From positions 1 through 64,000 of IMG/VR virus record IMGVR_UViG_3300020814_000207: DNA of 64,000 nucleotides; one strand, written 5' to 3'. Shown here piece after piece: positions 39,822-47,268 of the stretch. The position numbers and the translations under genes were made by a program. This DNA comes from an uncultured virus (IMG/VR IMGVR_UViG_3300020814_000207) (lineage: Duplodnaviria > Heunggongvirae > Uroviricota > Caudoviricetes). The notes under the pieces are model-generated. The model was not told the DNA's origin and ran no database searches. It saw nothing but the letters and a program-made list of their open reading frames with translations. How positions within the stretch are numbered: position 1 is the first letter of the stretch; every line of letters begins with the position of its first letter.

Positions 39822-40278
39822 TTTGTTCTCCCAAAACCTTTCTTATTGCCGATCTTGCTAATTCTGGTGTTGACCATTTAAATATACCATTATGTGACAA
39901 ATGCTCTCCATTCGGATATATGGCATACCAGTGTTTTCCGCCGTTGAATTTCATAACCTTTATGTCTGATGAGTTAAATTGCGGTGGAAAATCGTCGGCT
40001 TCTATTCGACACAACTCGTCGTAAACCCTTGGACACATTCCACCAAAAAAATTCATGAACCAACCTATCCTCGATTCGATACTGGATGATAGAATAGCTA
40101 CTGCTTGCAGGCGCTTTTCTATAATCAAAAAATTGTTACCATGACGATATAACGATTCGCATTTAGCCCTGTTAACAGAATCAATTTTCTCTCTAGCATA
40201 TTGAATAGACGACTCGTCTATTAGTAATAGCCATGAGTGTTCCACCAATGGATGTGTGCGAGCCTTAACAAATACCAT
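39814..40278 (-). CDS. Hypothetical protein
   Basis: 154-aa ORF overlapping or abutting neighbours in the operon. Confidence 0.55.
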   Translation of the reverse strand: MVFVKARTHPLVEHSWLLLIDESSIQYAREKIDSVNRAKCESLYRHGNNFLIIEKRLQAVAILSSSIESRIGWFMNFFGGMCPRVYDELCRIEADDFPPQFNSSDIKVMKFNGGKHWYAIYPNGEHLSHNGIFKWSTPELARSAIRKVLGEQNG

Positions 40279-40279
40279 T

Positions 40280-40864
40280 CTACATATCTCCCGTTAATGC
40301 GAGTCTGATCAATTTAGTCGCATCAAAATCTGGTATAGATGCACAACTGATGCTAGTTCCAAATTCAGCATTAATCAAGGCGGAATAATCTGCATGCCTA
40401 GTAACAACGATTACTCTTGGATCTATGAATGCTTGTCTAATTGGCCGCTCAGTGTTAACAAAATCTGGTCTCCAAACATAATGCACTATTCTGTTCGATT
40501 TTGTGTTAAGTGCCTCAAGCGTAGATTGTGTGCTGGTCGTGATTAATGGATTGTCCCAGCCGATTAATTTGCGAACATCAAATACTGGACATAACGGAGT
40601 AACAAATGGTCGATACCAATGCATGACGAACAATGAGATATCTACCCCAAAAGATTCTTGGCATACCTTGTTGATGCTCGTAATCATTGGGATAGTGTTT
40701 TGTGAAATGGATAGGTGATCGGTGATAATACCAATGGATACTAGCGGATCGTCATTGCTTATGGCGAATCGTTCGAGCATTGTCTTTTGCAATTCCTTTT
40801 TTGCACTTGACCTATGTTTTTTTTTCTTACCCATTCGAAAGTCCGTACTTCGAGACAATGACAT
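40280..40864 (-). CDS. Glycosyltransferase-like protein (single Rossmann-type domain; start uncertain)
   Basis: IGII...LITTS...RIVHYVW...VIVVTRH pattern resembling a GT-B N-terminal domain, located in the GT cluster. Confidence 0.35.
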   Translation of the reverse strand: MSLSRSTDFRMGKKKKHRSSAKKELQKTMLERFAISNDDPLVSIGIITDHLSISQNTIPMITSINKVCQESFGVDISLFVMHWYRPFVTPLCPVFDVRKLIGWDNPLITTSTQSTLEALNTKSNRIVHYVWRPDFVNTERPIRQAFIDPRVIVVTRHADYSALINAEFGTSISCASIPDFDATKLIRLALTGDM

Positions 40865-41531
40865 TTTTTATCTTGTCAATCGTAGCTTGGTCTACTATTT
40901 TTTCCGTGGCTACTATTGTGTGTAGTGGTTCTGGGATATGGTAAATAAGCCCTTTTATGCCGACCCTACTCATCCATTCGTAGTCGTCGTGAATACTAAG
41001 CTCTTCATTAAACGGCACAATGCATTGTCGTCTAATAACGCAGTTGATGTTTGGATAAACCCCATCCTTCATCATGAGTATATTAAATGGATCATCATAA
41101 TGTCTAATGGACATATCGTTGTCGTATAATACTGAGAAATCAGATACAACGCAACTGGCCATTTCATGTTTATTCAGAACTTCTATAGATAGGGATACCT
41201 TGTCGCTCCTGAATACAACACCACCATTCGCGATTACGATATAGTCGTAGTCCTCTCCGAATAGCTGAAGCCCGCCATTGAATAGTGACGACCTATTAGC
41301 TGAATCCCTTTTGACACAAACACACGGTTTATCACATATGGTTCCGGATACTATTGCCCCGACGAACCTGGGCTTATTCAGTACCATGTTCACTATTTGA
41401 TTCCAGCCACTATCATTATCGCCGCTGTATAATACGACCAATTTGTCGACCTGTTTCGCGATAGACATTATTCCGTCTAGCAATAGACGACTATGTTTTG
41501 TGATTGCGATTACAGCCCCGACCTTAGACAT
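40827..41531 (-). CDS. GT2-like glycosyltransferase (DxD motif degenerate)
   Basis: SLFNGGL...YDYIVIANGG, FNEELSIHDDYEWM and YHIPEPL motifs of the GT-A fold. Confidence 0.6.
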   Translation of the reverse strand: MSKVGAVIAITKHSRLLLDGIMSIAKQVDKLVVLYSGDNDSGWNQIVNMVLNKPRFVGAIVSGTICDKPCVCVKRDSANRSSLFNGGLQLFGEDYDYIVIANGGVVFRSDKVSLSIEVLNKHEMASCVVSDFSVLYDNDMSIRHYDDPFNILMMKDGVYPNINCVIRRQCIVPFNEELSIHDDYEWMSRVGIKGLIYHIPEPLHTIVATEKIVDQATIDKIKNVIVSKYGLSNG

Positions 41532-41532
41532 A

Positions 41533-42276
41533 TTACGTCCTATCTACCGTGTTAATCGGGCCGATCAATTGTCTGATAAAGCCGATGCCACTATCTGATT
41601 CAAGTTCACGGACAACAGAATTAAAAGATCTTTCCTCTCCGCACATCATCTCTCTATAAAACGATGTTATGTATACGCCACGTATCGATGCCTGTGAAAA
41701 GATCAGGGTATTGCCCTGTATTTTTCCAAAGTCCCAGCGAACGAATCTTGAGTTCTGATTAGTTTCTGCGACAACGCTCTTGTGTGTTTCAATGTCGATA
41801 TACTCGTTGGCGTCTATCACCACAAAGTAGTTCTGTGTTATGCTGGGCATTGCCAGTCTAACCAACTGATCGTTAGCAACTATTGGTTCTGTGGGAATAA
41901 CGACATTATACTTACAAGAGTTGGCTACGCAATGTCGTGACAATTCTACCAACTCTTTGGGATCGGATGTCGCAGACATATCAACGACCACGATATTGGT
42001 ATATTTAACGCTCTTGCGAAATACTCTGCGCAGATCGTCCAGGCTATGTACCTTGTTATCGAAACATACAACCAATGAGTAGTCAAAACTCATTGCCTGT
42101 TTCATGTGGCGAACTGCGGTTGTTATATCTGGAAACTTGGTTCTTGTAAAGAACCTACAGCAACCTGGGGCGTATGTTACATTATCATCTGATGTACAGC
42201 AATATAGATTCAGCAGGCACCCGCCACCCTCTTTTGATAAAAAGCTACACGACTGACATGGCGTACAAAGCTTCAT
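41533..42276 (-). CDS. Divergent GT-A-like protein with Cys-rich N-terminus
   Basis: YSLVVCF, NIVVVDMS and YFVVIDANE motifs, plus an N-terminal CxxCxxC...C...CC cluster. Confidence 0.4.
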   Translation of the reverse strand: MKLCTPCQSCSFLSKEGGGCLLNLYCCTSDDNVTYAPGCCRFFTRTKFPDITTAVRHMKQAMSFDYSLVVCFDNKVHSLDDLRRVFRKSVKYTNIVVVDMSATSDPKELVELSRHCVANSCKYNVVIPTEPIVANDQLVRLAMPSITQNYFVVIDANEYIDIETHKSVVAETNQNSRFVRWDFGKIQGNTLIFSQASIRGVYITSFYREMMCGEERSFNSVVRELESDSGIGFIRQLIGPINTVDRT

Positions 42277-42755
42277 GGTTTAATAGCCTCTACATAAAAC
42301 ATTGTGTTTTCATATCTGGCAATCACTACCTTTAGTCCTAGTGATTCTAGTTGTCGACATATGTCTTTCATGTCGGTTGCTGATTTTCCAAAGTTAACAA
42401 TTTGATCTTGCGAACCAAATACATTAGCCGAAAACGTTGTCAGATCCATGTTGCGACTACTGAATAACTTGCATAGTATGTTTATGTCTGGCGACAGGAT
42501 CTTTATACATCCATTATTGCAAAGCTTATTGGCCCAGTTTGATAGTACTTGATCCATAACCTTGTATGGAATATATTGTAGCACATTTAGAACCAGCATT
42601 TCCTCAACAGAACTATTGGTACATAGCCAATCAAGGTTCGAAACGTCTCCCTGTCGATATAGACCTAGCGGTAGTTGTTGTTGTGCCACATCTATGTTGG
42701 TGAAACCGGTACGAATATCGCTCCCACATCCAAGATTCAATCGCATGTTTTCCAC
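42273..42755 (-). CDS. Class I SAM-dependent methyltransferase-like protein
   Basis: RLNLGCG SAM-binding motif, NID, VLQYI and W..KL.NNG.IKI..PD. Confidence 0.75.
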   Translation of the reverse strand: MENMRLNLGCGSDIRTGFTNIDVAQQQLPLGLYRQGDVSNLDWLCTNSSVEEMLVLNVLQYIPYKVMDQVLSNWANKLCNNGCIKILSPDINILCKLFSSRNMDLTTFSANVFGSQDQIVNFGKSATDMKDICRQLESLGLKVVIARYENTMFYVEAIKP

Positions 42756-43558
42756 TCCCCCCAGCCATTGGGGTTTCTAATCAACTGATCAGGGTCTTTC
42801 TCTTTATATATCCTACACGCCTTGCCAGACGGGAAAGGTGCCGGTGGATGAAACAAATGGGTAGCGTATACAGGATACCCCTGGGGCATATGTATAATTG
42901 GTCTGCCACTCGCTTTGATTCTGTCAAATATGTCAGAATCCTCCATGCCCCATTCGTCAAAGTCTTCGTCGAAACCTCGCATTTCTTGTAGTAGTTTAGT
43001 TGGGGCAATCCAACCATAGCCATTCATTCCCTCATACGATCTCATTCGGAATATTCTAGCTATCGTTGGCAAATCGACCATTGGGTTATCTATGATAGCC
43101 CTAGTGGCCTCTGGACTAGCGGTTACTGATACGCCACCAACTATGCCATTATAGTATACCTGATTAGCTGCAAATAATTCGCCAACAGTACCTATTGGTA
43201 ATTGATTGGCATACGATAGATAATCCCCGTCGTGAAAAATTTCAGCGTCACGGAATATTACGCGCTTTGATCTAAGTCTTTTGAGGACATAATTTCGCGC
43301 GTATCCTCCGTTCAGATAATTAGTTTGCAATGATTTTGACAGTGTGAAATACGAGCAGTTAAGATGTTGTAGGTCTGATAAATCCTCGTGGCAACAATTG
43401 TTCATAACAACGACACGCCAGTTTTCTTTTGGCAACGCCGTTGTCGTAATCAGCCTCTTTAATCCAGGAATAAGCTGGATTTTTCTGCCAACACTAGGCA
43501 GTACGATAACGATATCTCTTTCTGTAACAGACCAGTCAAAGTCGTTTTCTGTTATCAC
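42737..43558 (-). CDS. GT2 glycosyltransferase with GT7/galactosyltransferase-like C-terminal motif
   Basis: GYARNY, IFRDAE and GFDEDFDEWGMEDSD...HLFH motifs. Confidence 0.8.
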   Translation of the reverse strand: MITENDFDWSVTERDIVIVLPSVGRKIQLIPGLKRLITTTALPKENWRVVVMNNCCHEDLSDLQHLNCSYFTLSKSLQTNYLNGGYARNYVLKRLRSKRVIFRDAEIFHDGDYLSYANQLPIGTVGELFAANQVYYNGIVGGVSVTASPEATRAIIDNPMVDLPTIARIFRMRSYEGMNGYGWIAPTKLLQEMRGFDEDFDEWGMEDSDIFDRIKASGRPIIHMPQGYPVYATHLFHPPAPFPSGKACRIYKEKDPDQLIRNPNGWGEWKTCD

Positions 43559-44400
43559 AGTATGACCTCGTGTCCAGAACCCAACTCACCCCATTGCCTT
43601 CCTAGATTTGCAATTGGAGATCTTTGGTTTTGGTTTATCTGTCGTAACAACAAATTGTAATGCCCCTGGCTTTCACGTAATGCCGACCAGTACTCGTTAG
43701 TCAAATAGGTCGGATGCCATTGGTGCATAACATACCACTCTTTATTACCCACGATATTCGCTGGTATATTATTCTTCTGTACTGTGTAAATAAAGAAGTC
43801 GTCTTCGTATGCCAGCCTGACGAACGATTCCTCTATCCCGCCTATATCATAGAACAATTGTCGCGGCAACGCTCCACAGAAATATAGCAATCGGGGATTT
43901 GTAGGCCCAATATATTCCTGTCTTGCCGGATGATCTAATTCACGTATTTTGTTGTAGTCTAACAATCCGGCGTTACACGCATCTATCACCACATCATCAT
44001 TCGGTTTAAGCGATACGCACCTGACAGACACATACTGGTTTGCGCGTGATTCGAATATCGCTCTAAGATTATCTAATACGCACCCTACGTGCATACATTC
44101 TGGATTCTGAATTACTAGAATATCGCCACTTGCAAATTTAGCCCCAATATTCCATGGTAATGCAGGTCCACGACACGGGGTTGTGCGCCCGGTGATAAAC
44201 AGCCTTATATCGCATCGCATTCTTTCTTTGTAAAGACGACATATTTCCGTTAGTTCTGCATCTCTTGTAGTATCGCTGACATCATCGTTAATGACGATAA
44301 TTTCGTAACATGGCTTATTGGTTTGTCTATGAATAGACTCCAGTGTTCTACAAAGCAATTGGGGTCGCCGAAAATACGACATTACTATACTGAATTTCAT
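43555..44400 (-). CDS. GT2 glycosyltransferase
   Basis: SIVMSYFRR, EIIVINDD, WNIGAKFASGD, GGIEESF..AYEDD and HQWH motifs. Confidence 0.85.
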   Translation of the reverse strand: MKFSIVMSYFRRPQLLCRTLESIHRQTNKPCYEIIVINDDVSDTTRDAELTEICRLYKERMRCDIRLFITGRTTPCRGPALPWNIGAKFASGDILVIQNPECMHVGCVLDNLRAIFESRANQYVSVRCVSLKPNDDVVIDACNAGLLDYNKIRELDHPARQEYIGPTNPRLLYFCGALPRQLFYDIGGIEESFVRLAYEDDFFIYTVQKNNIPANIVGNKEWYVMHQWHPTYLTNEYWSALRESQGHYNLLLRQINQNQRSPIANLGRQWGELGSGHEVIL

Positions 44401-45368
44401 GATAATGCTCGAAACAGATTGTTCCAGTCTTCGATAAATCTTGATTCACCGAAACGTTGCAGTACAGTTTGTCGTCCAGCCTCTCCTATGGTTCGAGCTA
44501 GCCCCTTATCTCTTAGTAACAACTCAAGCTTGGACCGCAATTCTTCCGGGGTATAGCCAAGCATTCCGTTAATGCCATCTTGGATAATAGTTGGGATAGC
44601 GCATGTCGGTGTTGATACTACGGGACACCCAACGGCCATAGCCTCTATCATAGCCATCGGGTATGTTGACTGCAACGACGTATTCAAAAACACTCCCGCT
44701 GTTCTGTATCTATTTACCAAATCGTCTGTGCTCGTTGCTTCCTGAGACAAACCAGGATTATTGCCAACAAGATTTGTCTGTAATCCGTTCGTCACATGTT
44801 TCCATAGAGAAAATCCCAATAAACTATCTCGTTCTCTAAACTGATTGACCACTGATAAAACGCCGCCTATAGCGCCGTTCCATCCGCAAAATACGTTTGT
44901 GTCAATTCCGTGTTCTATAGCAACGCCCGCATTATCTCCCCACTGATCAGCAGACCATTTACATATGTACACATTTACAGTGCCCTTCATACCCTTCATT
45001 TGTTTAATCTGCTGTTCGTTTACCCCCTGTATGGGAACGGTATGCTCTAGTTGAATCAATGGACATCCCAGTGCCTGAGCAATTTGCCCCAGAATCTGAA
45101 ACTGCCCCCACTTGCTTTGAGATAGCACCACATCAAAAACAACATCGTGCGGTAGGGCGTTATGATTTATGGGTTGATAGTTGGCCGGATATGGCCTAGA
45201 CCTACAGTTCCATTGTTTTAGATTCGGATGTTGTAAAGAATAGAACCTATGGCCGGTTTTACATATCATTGTTTCATATGCTTCGTGAGTTGGAGAACAC
45301 AGGATGTTTAGGGGTCTATCAAGATCCCTATTAACACACCTTAGTATTCTAGATATCTGTGTGGGCAT
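44397..45368 (-). CDS. GT4 (GT-B) glycosyltransferase
   Basis: IEHGID, FLNTS...PMAMIEAMAVGCPVV, IQDGING and IGEAGRQTV motifs. Confidence 0.88.
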   Translation of the reverse strand: MPTQISRILRCVNRDLDRPLNILCSPTHEAYETMICKTGHRFYSLQHPNLKQWNCRSRPYPANYQPINHNALPHDVVFDVVLSQSKWGQFQILGQIAQALGCPLIQLEHTVPIQGVNEQQIKQMKGMKGTVNVYICKWSADQWGDNAGVAIEHGIDTNVFCGWNGAIGGVLSVVNQFRERDSLLGFSLWKHVTNGLQTNLVGNNPGLSQEATSTDDLVNRYRTAGVFLNTSLQSTYPMAMIEAMAVGCPVVSTPTCAIPTIIQDGINGMLGYTPEELRSKLELLLRDKGLARTIGEAGRQTVLQRFGESRFIEDWNNLFRALS

Positions 45369-45370
45369 TT

Positions 45371-46564
45371 CTACTCCTGTGTCAGTGCCAACTTTATTCT
45401 ATCGCCAACACTAGCATGATCAAATGCCCTTGCTCGCATAGATGCACTGATTCTTTTTTGGGCAAATACATCTGGTTGGCATTGATGAATGTCGTATGCA
45501 CGACGGAGAATATTAGATAGGTGGCACAGATTTGGCTCGAACCATTCTTCTTTGCCTGTGTACAGGTCGTTAAATCCACCGTCCGGAGCAAAACATGGGG
45601 ATAGTTGTCCTTTGATTAGGTAGCCGCCAGGAACATCTCCTGGATATTCAAATGACATACTGTCCGGATCGAAGAATTTCTTGGCGTTATCAAAATCCAT
45701 TAGCAACTCTGGGAAACTACCCCAATTAGATGCTATAACAGGATTGCCATAACCAAGCGCATCCATGGCTGGAATACACCACGCCTCTCCGTGAGACGGA
45801 GACACAAAAAACGTACCGGATTTGTGAAGTTGTCCTATGTGTTCATCAGACATTCGTCGCGTAATAACTATGATTGGTGGATAATCCCTTGGGTTTTGAT
45901 AGATATGTGTTGACATTTTGATATCGTCAACTATTTGCGAGATCTGTTGTTGTGCTGCGTTATCCTTTATTCCAGGGAAGGATGTTTTTATTACCAGAAC
46001 CACATTGTCGTCTGGCGTAAAGGCATGAAAATATGATCGAATGACTCCGACGATATTTTTGCGTCTGGTATATTCGCCTATCGTATAGAATACGGTTTGG
46101 TTCGATTTGCCAGGAAGTGCTATTGGATTTGTTGTGCTACTGTACTTGTTCGCATTACATGGGATAGGAATAACTCGCACAGGCTTTGTTACTCCGCTAT
46201 TGATAATAGCCTGCTTTGCAACAATAGATGATGTCCATATCTCATCCATCAGATTGCAATGCTCTGCCCATGTTGAATTTCTAAAATGCGTTGTTTCCCA
46301 GCTAAATACCCCTATGTTTTTAACGCCGCTCTTATACTCGAATGTGTGTGGAAGCGAATGCTGTATGACTACATCAACGTTGTTTAGCGGTTTGCATTCT
46401 AGGTGTTGAATTCGTTTGGCATCATCAATACCGTTCATCGGGGACATAGATATTGGTCTGCATACGACATCGATTCCGGCCCTTTCGCACGCCAAGATAG
46501 TTTCTATCGCAGCATGACTATAACCGGTACCATCCTTATAGACAGATATATACAGTACACGCAT
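45371..46564 (-). CDS. GT4 (GT-B) glycosyltransferase
   Basis: GTGYSHAA, WET, RKNI..VI.SY..AF and SHGEAWCIPAMDA motifs. Confidence 0.85.
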   Translation of the reverse strand: MRVLYISVYKDGTGYSHAAIETILACERAGIDVVCRPISMSPMNGIDDAKRIQHLECKPLNNVDVVIQHSLPHTFEYKSGVKNIGVFSWETTHFRNSTWAEHCNLMDEIWTSSIVAKQAIINSGVTKPVRVIPIPCNANKYSSTTNPIALPGKSNQTVFYTIGEYTRRKNIVGVIRSYFHAFTPDDNVVLVIKTSFPGIKDNAAQQQISQIVDDIKMSTHIYQNPRDYPPIIVITRRMSDEHIGQLHKSGTFFVSPSHGEAWCIPAMDALGYGNPVIASNWGSFPELLMDFDNAKKFFDPDSMSFEYPGDVPGGYLIKGQLSPCFAPDGGFNDLYTGKEEWFEPNLCHLSNILRRAYDIHQCQPDVFAQKRISASMRARAFDHASVGDRIKLALTQE

Positions 46565-47256
46565 TACAACACCGTGAACCCAATTTCGCTATTGTTTCGA
46601 GCAACCAAGCTATCCGCCCTCATTTTTTCGGCACCGTTATATTCGTTAACAATCTGTATAGCCATGTTCGCTATGGTATTTCGATCACACGGAACCCTTT
46701 GGTTTCCCTCTATCTTAAATCCACAATTCAACCACCTGATCCATTCATTTGCCATGAACGATGTGGCAAGATCCGGCCTACGCATAATGCTAGTTATAGC
46801 CCACCTCACAAACTCGGTATTGCTCATCACCCTATTCGGTGCTTTTAGGTCTGGAACCCGGTAGTTCGGTTCCTTTCTATCCCATGTCTTAGACCTATCT
46901 AACACCCCTATGGAATCAATAACATTCATCCATATTGCCGCTGTTCTATCGTATCCAAATCGCGGTAGTTTTTCTGTTTGACCAAATACGTCCGCTGGTT
47001 CAACCATATACTCATGTGTTCGTCTTGCCAGTTCTGTCCTTTGCTCTGGCCTCATCTTTATAATGCGGGTTAATTGTTCGCCAAAATGTTTATTGCTAGG
47101 TAGCGCTCTGCGCTGTTCTGTTTCTATTACTGCTTCGTAGAAAAACCTTTCAACATTAATTGGAATACCACCCGGCATTTTTGCATGATCTTCCATAGCA
47201 GAATAATTTACAACCATTGCGGGACACGATGTCGCCATAGCCTCGGTGATCGGCAT
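46564..47256 (-). CDS. C-terminal part of the intein-containing GT4 glycosyltransferase (in frame with 47269-49956 across a TGA)
   Basis: Preceded in frame by TGG GGT (W-G). MPITEAMATSCPAMVVNYSAM is the second half of the GT4 EGxGxPxxEA motif. Confidence 0.75.
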   Translation of the reverse strand: MPITEAMATSCPAMVVNYSAMEDHAKMPGGIPINVERFFYEAVIETEQRRALPSNKHFGEQLTRIIKMRPEQRTELARRTHEYMVEPADVFGQTEKLPRFGYDRTAAIWMNVIDSIGVLDRSKTWDRKEPNYRVPDLKAPNRVMSNTEFVRWAITSIMRRPDLATSFMANEWIRWLNCGFKIEGNQRVPCDRNTIANMAIQIVNEYNGAEKMRADSLVARNNSEIGFTVL

Positions 47257-47268
47257 ACCCCAGCCTAG